A stretch of DNA of 64,000 nucleotides from Bdellovibrionales bacterium (GTDB lineage: Bacteria; Bdellovibrionota; Bdellovibrionia; Bdellovibrionales; UBA1609): the NCBI GenBank assembly GCA_965219095.1, contig CBDCMT010000001.1:320001-384000 (forward strand), given 5' to 3'. The notes beneath the pieces are model-generated. The model saw only the letters and a program-made list of their open reading frames with translations, searched no databases and was not told where the DNA came from. Made by a program: the position numbers and the translations under genes. Numbering within the stretch: the first letter of the stretch is position 1; each line of letters starts with the position of its first letter. This document shows, one piece after another, positions 11,651 to 21,460 of the stretch.

Positions 11651-11682
11651 TAGACTCCCCTGTTTAAACACGGGAGAGTCTA
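11651..11682. terminator. Hairpin between convergent genes
   Basis: tagactcccctgtttaaacacgggagagtcta inverted repeat. Confidence 0.55.
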
Positions 11683-11739
11683 CGAAGTTAAGATTTTTGA
11701 GCCTGAAATTGTGTAGAGCCTGTAAATCAGTTACACAAT

Positions 11740-13206
11740 TTAGTTTACAGGATCACTCATCATTTTGTTTCGAGCTTCATTTAAAATTTCAATTAATAAA
11801 TCAAGATGTTTTTCTTGTGTGATAAAGTTAGGAATGCCAGCACGAAGGACTTTACAGGACTTCAGCTTAGTTGTTGTAATCCAAGCTTTTCCAGTATTTG
11901 TAACGTAACGACATAGTTTTTCTATATCAAAATTGCAAACTGGATCTTTAAAACATATAACAGGAAGAGATGTTTGGTTTACAATTTCCCATGAGTTTTC
12001 TTTGAGCTTTTTTTTCAGTTTATATCCCATGTTTATTTGATGATGAAGAATTTCTTGATATCCTTTTTCTCCATGACAGAGTAGGGTCATAAACAGTTTA
12101 AGCCCAATGAATCGACGAGACCACTGCATGGATTGGCGGTAAGGTTCACTATCCTGATTGACATGAGTTTCTTTGGGCATATAGTGAATGTCATTTACTT
12201 CAAAAGTCTGCATCAAAGTCAAAGGATGCTGGGTTAAAAAGATACCAGATCCCATAGGAATAGAAAGCCATTTATGAGGATCAAAAGTTATAGAGTCAGA
12301 TTTCTCTATCCCTTTATATTCTTTATAAAACTCTTCTAACAGACAAAGAGCACCCCCCCATGCAGCATCAATATGAAGCCACATATTGTATTCTTTAGCA
12401 ATATCACCTAAAGTCTCTAAGGGGTCTATGATTCCAGCACTGGTAGAACCCATAGTTGCCGTTAGAAATAAAGGTAGTTTATTTGATTTAAGATCTTTTT
12501 GAATTTGTTTTCTTAATTCATTACAGTCAAACTTTAAATCATAAGTGACTGGAAGTTCCCTAACGGATTCCGTTCCAAGTCCACAAAGACGAGCTGCTCT
12601 AGAAATGGATCCATGAGTTTCCTTTGTTGTGTATATCAAAGGAAATCGATCTAAATTTTGTAAACCACTGTTTCTAAATTGAGGAACTTTTTTAACCAAG
12701 GCACAAAGAAGTGCACTATGGTTGGCTTCTGTTCCCCCACTAGTAAAAATACCCTTTATCTTTGAATGAGGGTATCCAAATTTTCTTCCAAAATACTTTA
12801 ACAAATGATCTTCTATGGCAATACAAAACCGACCGCTAGCACTTGATGCTAGTTGAGGATTAAAAGCCGCAACCAAGGTTTCGGCAACAATACCCATTGT
12901 AGACGGATGAGGATTAAATACACCGTGATAGGAGGGATGAGGTATGTGAAGTTGGTGTTTTGTAAGGTTATCAGCCACCCAATTTAAAACTTCAATAGGA
13001 TCAAGTGGTTCTGAAAAATCAAATTCTTTTATACTTTCTCTTACTTGCTTGAGAGAGAAGTTTTGAGAAACTGGATAAGACTCTATTTCCAAAAGGTATT
13101 TTTCCAACCTACTGTATAATTCTTTCCACAAACGTTGACGATCTTTAGAAGAAAGTAACAGCCCAAATCCGTCGTCAATAATTATATCAAAATCTTTTTT
13201 TTTCAT
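11740..13206 (-). CDS. Group II PLP-dependent decarboxylase (aromatic amino acid / glutamate decarboxylase family)
   Basis: TSGGTEAN, HIDAAWGG and SITFDPHKWL (PLP lysine) motifs. Confidence 0.9.
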   Translation of the reverse strand: MKKKDFDIIIDDGFGLLLSSKDRQRLWKELYSRLEKYLLEIESYPVSQNFSLKQVRESIKEFDFSEPLDPIEVLNWVADNLTKHQLHIPHPSYHGVFNPHPSTMGIVAETLVAAFNPQLASSASGRFCIAIEDHLLKYFGRKFGYPHSKIKGIFTSGGTEANHSALLCALVKKVPQFRNSGLQNLDRFPLIYTTKETHGSISRAARLCGLGTESVRELPVTYDLKFDCNELRKQIQKDLKSNKLPLFLTATMGSTSAGIIDPLETLGDIAKEYNMWLHIDAAWGGALCLLEEFYKEYKGIEKSDSITFDPHKWLSIPMGSGIFLTQHPLTLMQTFEVNDIHYMPKETHVNQDSEPYRQSMQWSRRFIGLKLFMTLLCHGEKGYQEILHHQINMGYKLKKKLKENSWEIVNQTSLPVICFKDPVCNFDIEKLCRYVTNTGKAWITTTKLKSCKVLRAGIPNFITQEKHLDLLIEILNEARNKMMSDPVN

Positions 13207-13431
13207 TCATACCTAACTGCAATTCACTCATACATTAAAATTTCATTACTGCTTTCCATTTCTCGTATTTTAGCATAATCTGCATAAAGTTTTTCTTTGT
13301 TTTCATGAACGAGTACAACAAAACCTGGGATAGTAAAATAATTAATAGTTTTGGGTATTTTCATGTCTGGAGCTTTAATCTACCTTAAAAAGAAAAAAAT
13401 TTCAAGGTTTCTTAACATGGATCACTAGCTA

Positions 13432-13628
13432 CCTAAATTCCCGACAAAAAATATACACTAGGATTTAAGTTCTGCTCAGAATCTGGAAAATTTCTTATTC
13501 CCCCTTGTAAAAAGTAGGATTTTATAGAATTTTTAGAGATAAATACTCTTGCCTATGCTTAATCATGATGTATAATATATACAGCAGGATTGTTAGGAGG
13601 ATATACGATGAGTTTCATTAGAAGAATA
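13432..13628 (+). mobile_element. IS1634 left-end remnant
   Basis: cctaaattcccgacaaaaaatatacactaggattt end plus RBS and an MSFIRRI start at 13608, then truncated. Confidence 0.65.
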
Positions 13629-13893
13629 CCCATGCAACCCCCCCTTGAAGTTAAAAAAACTGCTTCATAAAAGAAAAGGAGGCCATAGACAGAAAATGTT
13701 ATATCTTTAAAAGATAAAAAAGAGTTTTTACAGGGTTCAAATCCTATGTAGCTACAGGTCAAAAAATCGTTTTCAAAGAGCTTTAAAAAGCTACTTCAAA
13801 GCCTGAAATTTAGCTGTTTTATACATTTTTTTTAAAAAGATTGAGGATTTCATGGATAAAAATACGTAACTGTTCACTTAAATTCTAGTGATT

Positions 13894-15387
13894 TTAATGT
13901 TTAGAGAGGTATTCAGTAGCTATGTCAACGAAGGATAGATTCTGTTTTTTGGCCGTTCGAGCGACACTCATCATAACCTCTTGGTTATGTGCTCCCTGTT
14001 CTGAGCGATTGCAATAAGAGATTTTTCTCATAAGTACAGCAGGCCTAATTTCCCTCTCTCCATAATTGTTAGTGGGGTCTACTCCAGACTTAATGAAAGT
14101 ATAAATTTCATCTCGATATTTGACCAAACGTTTACAAAGCCTTTGTAAGTCATGGCTTCTGTATTTTTTTGATACCCATTTTCCTGTATCATGCATAAGC
14201 AGTTTGTATTTTCGATCGATATTCTCTTTACTTTCATATTCATTTTGCAACCTTTTTCCCCTATTGAAAAAAAGTTTGGCTCTCTTAGAAAACTGAGCAA
14301 TTTCTTTGCTTTTAGGATGTTTTTCTTTTAGCCCATGAAGCTCCCTTAAAAGATGGGGCCAACATTTTTGCTTTTGACAGTCAATCTTGTTATAGGCAGC
14401 ATAAAAATCTGAAACTAAAACTCCACGAAAAACTTCTCCAAGAACATTTTTAACCACATCTTGCGAACGAGTTTGATCAATCTTATAAAATGACACATCA
14501 TCATTTGAAAAACTCCAGAGCCAATGACTGTTCCCATTCACTCTCCATCCTGTCTCATCAGCATGCAAATGCCCCTGCTCCGATAATACGGACTTGATAT
14601 CCTCGTAAGCCCCCTCAAACTTCCTTGCCGTACGACTTATAATCTCTGACAAAACACCACGACTGATTTCCATACCATATTGATCAGACAAAAGATTTTT
14701 TATTTTACCAAAACTTAAACCCAACTCATATTTCCAATAACACACTTGAGCATGAAACTTAAGACCATAAAGACTCGCTCCCAACTTATCATTCACAGAA
14801 ACCTCCTTGTTACAACAACTGCACCAACTCCAGCCTACAATGTGTTTCGTGGTGATGACTTGACTTACAGGTGGTAAATCCACCTGATAGTGAACATGCC
14901 ACTTATGAGAGGGAGGAAGATCAGAGTCACATTTACTACAAACCAGTGGAGTCCAAGTGGTCTCCTGATCCGCTTCCTCAGGCCTTTTTCTTCGATGAAC
15001 TTTATGACCCTTTTTAGGACCCTTCTTTTTTCCTTTTTTAAGGCTTCCATCTGGATTTTTATTCTTGTTCTTTTTGGCCCACTTAGGAAGCTTGCGTATT
15101 GATTGAAGCTCCTCTTTTAGCTTCTCATTTTCTTTTTTAAAATGTTCATTATCTTTTTTTAAACGCTTGCTCTCTTTTTCTAAACGCTCACACCCTTCTT
15201 CTAAACGCTCACGCTCTTCTTCTAAATGCTTGTAATCTTCTTCTAAACATTTTATTTCTTTTTGTGCTTTCTTAAGCTCTATGGATTGACGACAAATTGT
15301 GTTTCTAAGAAGCTTTATCTGATTCTTCGCTCTTGAAAGAGCCTTGTGATTGTCGTTTTTAGGCTTTTCATTTTTGCTCATATTCAT
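13894..15387 (-). CDS. IS66 TnpC transposase
   Basis: Coiled coil, zinc finger, HADETGW, LVSDFY, QKCWPHLLR and PTNNYGEREIR motifs. Confidence 0.92.
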   Translation of the reverse strand: MNMSKNEKPKNDNHKALSRAKNQIKLLRNTICRQSIELKKAQKEIKCLEEDYKHLEEERERLEEGCERLEKESKRLKKDNEHFKKENEKLKEELQSIRKLPKWAKKNKNKNPDGSLKKGKKKGPKKGHKVHRRKRPEEADQETTWTPLVCSKCDSDLPPSHKWHVHYQVDLPPVSQVITTKHIVGWSWCSCCNKEVSVNDKLGASLYGLKFHAQVCYWKYELGLSFGKIKNLLSDQYGMEISRGVLSEIISRTARKFEGAYEDIKSVLSEQGHLHADETGWRVNGNSHWLWSFSNDDVSFYKIDQTRSQDVVKNVLGEVFRGVLVSDFYAAYNKIDCQKQKCWPHLLRELHGLKEKHPKSKEIAQFSKRAKLFFNRGKRLQNEYESKENIDRKYKLLMHDTGKWVSKKYRSHDLQRLCKRLVKYRDEIYTFIKSGVDPTNNYGEREIRPAVLMRKISYCNRSEQGAHNQEVMMSVARTAKKQNLSFVDIATEYLSKH

Positions 15388-15390
15388 ATA

Positions 15391-16528
15391 TAGTGCTTCC
15401 GCTTAGGTTTTCCGTTTTTTTTTGAGTTGAGGTCTAGTTTTTATTCTAAGGCCTTGATAAAAAGTCATTTATTTTTAAAAATAGTTTCATATGTCAGGGT
15501 TTCTATCAAAAAAAGAGCGAAAAGATTTACTCTATGAACTATCTCTAGAGAAAAATCTTAAATACGCAAAAAGGATTATGACAATTCTCCATTTAGATAA
15601 AGGTAAGTTGTGTAAAGATATTTCCCGTTTTCTTTTCATTGATGAGGGCACGATAAGAGCCTGTAGAGATCGTTATAACAAAGGTGGGATAGAGTGCTTA
15701 ATCAACGACAATTACAACCCTAAAAGGTCCTTTTTAACTAAGAAAGAGGAGAAAATGCTTTTAAAGGAGTTAGAAAAAAGAATTTTTCCGTCATCACAGT
15801 CTGTTATTCAGTTCATTGAGGAGAATTTTGGTGTTACGTACTCAACAAGTGGTGCGATTGATCTTCTCCATCGCCTTGGTTTTTCTTATAAAAAAGCCAC
15901 AGCGATACCGGGTAAGGCAAAGAGAGGAGAGCAGAAAAAGTTTGTGCGTAAATACAAGAGAATTAAGAAGAAAGACGGTCCTGTTTACTTTGCTGATTCC
16001 ACACATCCTGAGTGGGGCCCTACGATTTCATATGGTTGGATAAGAGAGGGTAAGAAGTTTGAAGTGAAGACCAATTCAGGCTGGAGAAAAAGAGTGAATG
16101 TTTGTGGAGCTATTGAGATCAATAGTTTGAAGACGGTAGTCAGGAGTTATAAGACAGTTAATGAAGTTTTTCTATGTGATATGCTCTATCATATTCATTA
16201 AGAAGCATCCCGATGAAAAAGAGATTCATCTTATCTTAGATGGGGCCGGATACAATAGATCGAAGTCTGTCAAGAAGTTAGCGAAAGAGTTGAATATAAA
16301 ACTTGTTTATCTTCCTCCGTACTCACCGAATTTAAATCCTATAGAAAGGCTTTGGAAGTTTATGAAAAAAGAGGTCACGGCGAATCGATATTATGAAAAC
16401 TATGACGATTTCAAGGGAAGTTTAAGTCAATTTTTTAGAGGAATACGAAAACACAGGCCTAAATTAGAAACTTTGATAACTGATAACTTCTCCATCTTAG
16501 AAACCTGAAAACCTAAACGGAAGTACTA
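15391..16528 (+). mobile_element. IS630 lineage B (split transposase ORFs 15491-16201 and 16161-16508)
   Basis: TA-flanked IRs tagtgcttccgcttaggtttt / aaaacctaaacggaagtacta; YLPPYSPNLNPIERLW. Confidence 0.9.
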
Positions 16529-16644
16529 TATAGTCCTTTCCGTTTAAGTTTTTAGAATCTAAAGGAAGAATTATCATATGAAACTATTTTTTAAAACAAA
16601 TGACGATTTATCAATACTTTTGAATAAAAACTAGACCCTAACTC

Positions 16645-18206
16645 GTCGAACGTGAAAAATGCACAAACAGCTAAAAACACTTGTTTTTTTGTAATTTTTG
16701 CATAAAAATAATTGCAAGGAAGTGGAAAAACAGATAAAAAACCTTGCAAAACAGAAAGGAAAAAAGATGAGGCCAAAAGACATGTTCAGCACACAAAAGA
16801 GAAGCCCTCTTAATTTTAGAGTAAACGACATTGTTCATAAGAAGCATCCGCTTGTCATTTTAGCTAATAAAATAGACTGGGATCGTTTTGATAAAGATTT
16901 TGGTTCGAAGTATGATGAAAAAAAAGGTCGTCCAGGTCTTTCAACTCGTTTAATGGTGGGACTTCAGTGCTTGAAATACATTTATAATTTAAGTGACGAG
17001 AAGACAATAGAAATGTTCAAAGAGAGTCCTCAATGGCAGTATTTTTGTGGTCAGCCTTTTTATTCTTATGAAGATCCCTGTGATAGAAGTTCATTGACTA
17101 ACTGGAGAAAGAGGATGGGGGCTGAGAAGATAGAAGTTCTCTTAGAGGAAACCATTGATTTAGCTTTGAGAGAGGATTTTGTAAAAAAAAAAGAGTTTGA
17201 GAATGTAGTTGTTGATACAACTGTTCAAGAGAAAGCAATAGCTTTTCCTACAGACAGCCGTCTTTATTACAAAGCTTTAAAGACTTTAGTTCACAGGGCT
17301 AAAAAAGAGGGTTTAGTTTTACGTCAAAGCTATAAAAGAAAGGCCAAGGAGTGTTTGTTTAAGAATGCTCGTTATGCTCATACAAGAAAAATACGTTTAG
17401 CAAGAAAACAGCAAAGAAAGCTTCATACTTATCTAGGTCGTGTGATAAGAGATGTTACAAGAAAAGGAGGTCCTAAGTTCTTGGAAGAGAATACATCTTT
17501 AAAAAGATGTTTATCTTTATGTGTAAGAATTTATAACCAAAAAAGAGGGGATAAGAACAAGGTGTATAGTGTTCATGCTCCTGAGGTTTATTGCATAGGG
17601 AAGGGCAAAGCCCATAAAAAATATGAATTTGGCAATAAGGTGAGTGTGGCAACTTCATCAAAAAATTGCTGGGTTTTAGGGGTAAAGTCATTTGAAAAAA
17701 ATGTATCAGATGTTCACAGTTTAAAGCCAGCCTTATCTCAAGTTGAATCCTTAACAAAGGTTAAGGCAAAAAATTTGTATGTAGATAAAGGTTATCGTGG
17801 CAAAGAGCATCATCCTTCGGGAGTTAATGTTCATATTGGGGGAATGAGTAAAACATTAAGTCCCTACAAAAGAAAACTTCACAGAAGAAGAAGTTCAGTT
17901 GAGGCAATCATTGGTCATATGAAAATAGATTCTCGTATGGGAAGGAACTTTTTATTAGGATCACAAGGGGATGCTATTAATAGTCTTTTATCAGGAGTTT
18001 CTCAAAATTTTAGAAAGTTAATGCTAGAGGTGCGTCTTTTTTCGTTTTTTTCACTGAAATGGCTTAAAAGGCCTGTACGCCTTCTTGAAAACTACTGTTT
18101 TGTTTAAGTTATGAAAAAATATTTAACCCTCTATAGTAGAAAGTAACAGGAATAAAGATCATACAGCATAAAAATCCTAGGCTTTTGTCAATTTTTCACG
18201 TTCGAC
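16645..18206 (+). mobile_element. IS5-family IS
   Basis: IRs gtcgaacgtgaaaaat / atttttcacgttcgac; 6-bp TSD taactc confirmed by the empty site near 57466. Confidence 0.92.
16698..18107 (+). CDS. IS5 transposase (start probably ATG 16768)
   Basis: VDTTVQEK, KAHKKYEFG, VDKGYRG and RRSSVEAIIGHMK motifs. Confidence 0.9.
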   Translation: MHKNNCKEVEKQIKNLAKQKGKKMRPKDMFSTQKRSPLNFRVNDIVHKKHPLVILANKIDWDRFDKDFGSKYDEKKGRPGLSTRLMVGLQCLKYIYNLSDEKTIEMFKESPQWQYFCGQPFYSYEDPCDRSSLTNWRKRMGAEKIEVLLEETIDLALREDFVKKKEFENVVVDTTVQEKAIAFPTDSRLYYKALKTLVHRAKKEGLVLRQSYKRKAKECLFKNARYAHTRKIRLARKQQRKLHTYLGRVIRDVTRKGGPKFLEENTSLKRCLSLCVRIYNQKRGDKNKVYSVHAPEVYCIGKGKAHKKYEFGNKVSVATSSKNCWVLGVKSFEKNVSDVHSLKPALSQVESLTKVKAKNLYVDKGYRGKEHHPSGVNVHIGGMSKTLSPYKRKLHRRRSSVEAIIGHMKIDSRMGRNFLLGSQGDAINSLLSGVSQNFRKLMLEVRLFSFFSLKWLKRPVRLLENYCFV

Positions 18207-18376
18207 TAACTCAAAAAATCTGAAAATCTAAACGAAAAACATCATATAACATTATAGGCATAGGAGCTTTTAGTGAAATTTCAACAATTTACTAGAATTT
18301 TTCTGAACAGTTACAAAAATTTAGCCTCCTTAATAACACCAAGAGAACCCTTTCCTAGAAGGGCTGTGTTAAAAAA

Positions 18377-18940
18377 TTAAGAATTCTTTTTGTTCCAAAC
18401 TCTTGAGAGAATCTCTTTTTTTTTTGAATCCTTGTAATAGTTTCTATAATGTAAGGGATTTTTTTGAAAAAAGTTTTGATGATGTTCTTCAGAAATATAG
18501 AAAGTTGAGGCCTTTAAAATTTTTGTTGCGATTTCTTTATCTATAAAAAGATCTGAATTTTGAAGATTGTCTTTAAATTCTATAGCGATCTCTTTTTGTA
18601 ATTCATCATGATAAAAGATAGCTGTTTTATATTGATTTCCTCGATCAAAGAACTGCCCTTTAAAATCTGTAGGATCAATTTGAAGCCAAAAAAAATCCAA
18701 GAGTTCTTTATAAGAAATGATCTTTTTATTAAATTTTAACTGTATAACTTCAAGGTGTTTTGTCATTCCAGAACAGACTTGTTCATAAGTTGCTGTTTTT
18801 TTAGCACCCCCCATATAGCCTGAATGAACATCTTGGACTCCCTTTTGTTGACGAAAGGCTTCTTCTAAACACCAAAAGCACCCTCCTGCAAAAGTAGCAA
18901 GTTTAATTGATGGATTGCCTCCTTTACTCATAGTTTGCAT
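18377..18940 (-). CDS. msrA: Peptide-methionine (S)-S-oxide reductase
   Basis: FAGGCFWC, GYMGG and EEHHQNF motifs. Confidence 0.95.
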   Translation of the reverse strand: MQTMSKGGNPSIKLATFAGGCFWCLEEAFRQQKGVQDVHSGYMGGAKKTATYEQVCSGMTKHLEVIQLKFNKKIISYKELLDFFWLQIDPTDFKGQFFDRGNQYKTAIFYHDELQKEIAIEFKDNLQNSDLFIDKEIATKILKASTFYISEEHHQNFFQKNPLHYRNYYKDSKKKEILSRVWNKKNS

Positions 18941-18995
18941 TTTATGATTTTTTTCCTATCTTTTAAAGAATTTATTTTGTCTATTTTGACATAAT

Positions 18996-19024
18996 TTGAC
19001 ATAAAACACTTCTACAATTAAGAT
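18996..19024 (+). promoter_or_regulatory. Sigma70 promoter for tRNA-Met
   Basis: TTGACA - 17 bp - TAAGAT. Confidence 0.65.
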
Positions 19025-19036
19025 AGCATATGTATA

Positions 19037-19106
19037 TAGTGAATACGCTTAAATTTTCCGGTCGATTCTCTAGAGAAAAAACCTGAAAACCTAAACAGAA
19101 GCACTA
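19037..19106. mobile_element. 70-bp IS630-B MITE
   Basis: TA-flanked; IS630-B-like ends; inverted near-copy at 57506-57575. Confidence 0.85.
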
Positions 19107-19116
19107 TATAGATAAT

Positions 19117-19193
19117 GGCGGGGTAGCTCAGTTGGTTAGAGCACTAGAATCATAATCTAGGTGTCGTGGGTTCAATTCCCTCTCTCGCCACCA
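19117..19193 (+). tRNA. tRNA-Met(CAT), elongator-type; ICE integration site
   Basis: 77-nt cloverleaf: GGCGGGG/TCTCGCC acceptor, CTAGA-ATCATAA-TCTAG anticodon arm, TTCAATT T-loop, encoded CCA. Confidence 0.93.
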
Positions 19194-20970
19194 ACCGTGA
19201 TAACGGACGAACCCAGGAACGATTAAGTTCCCTTTCTTTATTTTCTTGAAAAATAGAGTTTTTCTGCTTTGAATCAAGATGAAAATTCTGTGTTGGTGCT
19301 AACCCATAGCACTCCACATAAATTCCTTCACGAGCTACTACCACTTTCCGTAGAATGTTTTTTAAGACTTCTCTTTGTTGACGTGGAGGGAGATTAGGGA
19401 ATTTTTTATTAAAAGCTCTTAGCAGAGAAAAGGCACTTCTTAGATCAATAATATTACTTGAAATCATTTTTCTTTCTTGAACGAGGCTTCCTATCTCTTC
19501 TTCTAAAACCTCTTTTTCACTTTCCAGCTCTTCTAGCTTCTTCATAAGAATTTTAGTGGATTTAGCTTTAGGAGCTTCTGAAATCGCTGAAATGATTCCT
19601 TCTATTTTACTTCTTATAGCCTTGTGCTTTTCTTTTACTGACTGTATCAACCCATCTTTATAGCTTGAGTTTTTAAATTTGCCTTCATTATTTTCGTAGA
19701 TAAGAGACTTAAGAAGCTTCTGATCCTCTTTCAATCGCTTCAACCCAGCTAGCACTGCTTCTTCTAGCTGAGGGGCGGAAATGCTTTCTAAGATACACCG
19801 TTGAGTGTGTCTGTCTCCTTGATTGAGCATTTTTCTTTTGTGGCTGTAATAGTAGTATTTTCCGCCTCGTCCTTTTCCTGATTTTCCTACAAACTTCTCC
19901 CCACATTCTTTGCAGTAAACAAAACCTTTAAGCCTATAATTATGAACATATTTTCTGGTTTCTTTTTTATTGTTCTCAAGCATGGATTGAACATCATAAA
20001 AAAGCTCTTCTGAAATAAGAGCCTGCCACTGAGCTTGAAATACCTGATAACGGTCTTCTTCTTTGAGTGTTTCTTGATCGAGGTGGCGGTTTTCTTTATT
20101 AAGCTCTCTTTTTCCGATATAAACAAGATTAGTGAGTGTTCTTTGTAAAGAGCCTATGGTGAATCTATGACCTCCATAAATTTTTCCTGTCTTAGTGGTA
20201 TATTCTTTTGTCTTATAGCCATTTTGATTGAGGTATTTACAAGTTTTAGCCAATGTTCCAAGCTCAAAGTATTTGTTGAAGATAAGTTGTACAATGCCTT
20301 TTTCTTTTTCATTGATCACGAGATGGCATTTTTTTGAAGGGTGGGATTCGTAACCTAAAACAGGAACACCTCCATTAGCTAGACCTCTTTCTGCTCTTGA
20401 TCTACTTCCATTTTTAATTCTCTGAACAATGTTCTTTCTTTCAAATTGAGCAAAGTTAATAATGCTTAAAACCATCATCTCACCTGCTGGAGTGGAGGTG
20501 TCAAAACTTTCTTTAAGGGAAATAAGTTTCACATTATGACTTTGAGTAAATTCCCAAAACTGACAAAAGTCCTTTACATTCCTATTGAGCCTTGAAAGCT
20601 CTGTCACTATGATCGCATTGATATAGCCTGAAGTAATATCGGCACACATTTTTTTAAAAGCAGGACGGTTCATGTTACCACCTGAATAATCTTTATCTGT
20701 ATACCACTCCACAATCTCCCCCCAATTTTTTTCTTGAGAGTTTTTGAGTTGGACAAAGTTTTTGATTTGTTGAGGGTGAGAGACAAGAGAGCCTTCCTCT
20801 CTTATTTCATCTGAGGGAGAAAGTCTTATGTAAGCTCCTATTTTATAGCTTAAGTTTTTCTTCGAGTTTTTGATCAAATTTTGAGAGACTTTTCCTTGAG
20901 CTATCTCCCTCCATGACAAAGAGAATTTGTCTTGTAAGCCTTTTGATTCTTTTTTCATTTTCCTCCTCAC
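19150..20970 (-). CDS. Large serine recombinase (integrated-form allele)
   Basis: AYIRLS catalytic motif, D..YSG...NRP, LSRLNR, recombinase domain, CKECG zinc ribbon, coiled coil; last 12 aa read antisense through the tRNA. Confidence 0.95.
   Translation of the reverse strand: MRRKMKKESKGLQDKFSLSWREIAQGKVSQNLIKNSKKNLSYKIGAYIRLSPSDEIREEGSLVSHPQQIKNFVQLKNSQEKNWGEIVEWYTDKDYSGGNMNRPAFKKMCADITSGYINAIIVTELSRLNRNVKDFCQFWEFTQSHNVKLISLKESFDTSTPAGEMMVLSIINFAQFERKNIVQRIKNGSRSRAERGLANGGVPVLGYESHPSKKCHLVINEKEKGIVQLIFNKYFELGTLAKTCKYLNQNGYKTKEYTTKTGKIYGGHRFTIGSLQRTLTNLVYIGKRELNKENRHLDQETLKEEDRYQVFQAQWQALISEELFYDVQSMLENNKKETRKYVHNYRLKGFVYCKECGEKFVGKSGKGRGGKYYYYSHKRKMLNQGDRHTQRCILESISAPQLEEAVLAGLKRLKEDQKLLKSLIYENNEGKFKNSSYKDGLIQSVKEKHKAIRSKIEGIISAISEAPKAKSTKILMKKLEELESEKEVLEEEIGSLVQERKMISSNIIDLRSAFSLLRAFNKKFPNLPPRQQREVLKNILRKVVVAREGIYVECYGLAPTQNFHLDSKQKNSIFQENKERELNRSWVRPLSRLVAREGIEPTTPRL
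19188..19969. repeat. 782-bp direct repeat, copy 1
   Basis: Identical by eye to 49299-50080 (offset 30111). Confidence 0.95.
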
Positions 20971-21067
20971 TGAGTTGGTAAATTGTCCATTTTATATTGT
21001 TTAGCATAGAGTCTCTCATGGAGCGAGATTTTTTTCTCTGCTTCATACAACAACTCCTTTCAAGCAT
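20843..21067 (-). CDS. Small hypothetical protein overlapping the recombinase start
   Basis: ORF with an AAGGAG RBS before the ATG at 21046. Confidence 0.4.
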   Translation of the reverse strand: MLERSCCMKQRKKSRSMRDSMLNNIKWTIYQLSEEENEKRIKRLTRQILFVMEGDSSRKSLSKFDQKLEEKLKL

Positions 21068-21124
21068 AACAAGCTTTTTTATTGTTTTCTAGGTTTGACG
21101 TGGTGAGTATAGAAGTAGGGTTTT

Positions 21125-21406
21125 TTAGTTAAAAAGGGCCTTTATATCGGAAAGTCTAGGGCTTTTATTAGTACTCTCTAGCTCCTTGATAAGAGATTTG
21201 GCATAGGCCACAGGGTTTTGAGTTTCTTTTTTAATTTTGTTGATATTTTTTTTAAAGTGGTGTTTTTCATAGCTTTCAATAATAAAAGAAGTGAGATCTT
21301 GTTTTTTAACTTTAGTGGCAGTCTCTTTGTTGAGAGCTTCTAGCATAGACGCTAAAGATTTGTTAGCTTGATTTGAAATAGCAATTTTAGAAAGTTTTTC
21401 TTTCAT
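21125..21406 (-). CDS. Hypothetical protein
   Basis: ORF with AAGGAG RBS. Confidence 0.65.
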   Translation of the reverse strand: MKEKLSKIAISNQANKSLASMLEALNKETATKVKKQDLTSFIIESYEKHHFKKNINKIKKETQNPVAYAKSLIKELESTNKSPRLSDIKALFN

Positions 21407-21428
21407 AAATTTTTTCTCCTTTTATTTA

Positions 21429-21460
21429 AAAGGAAAAGTGGCCTAGGCCACTTTTCCTTT
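21429..21460 (-). terminator. Perfect 32-bp palindrome over the stop codon of ORF 21443-21907
   Basis: aaaggaaaagtggcctaggccacttttccttt. Confidence 0.6.

Larger units (their letters stand above)
16531..18244 (-). mobile_element. ~146-bp internally deleted IS630-B derivative, here interrupted by IS5
   Basis: Uninterrupted copy at 57358-57503; resembles both IS630-B ends. Confidence 0.7.
13866..18314 (-). mobile_element. IS66-family element (tnpC only) with nested IS630, MITE and IS5
   Basis: Ends gtaactgttca / tgaacagttac; second copy at 52302-57645. Confidence 0.85.

Noticed and set aside
13858..13865. TSD for IS66 copy 1
   Set aside because: aaaaatac versus aaaaattt is only a partial match in A-rich sequence
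19188..19969. 782-bp repeat as a DGR template/variable pair or as a long att core
   Set aside because: No adenine-specific differences and no reverse transcriptase; its right end is set by an ISL3 remnant
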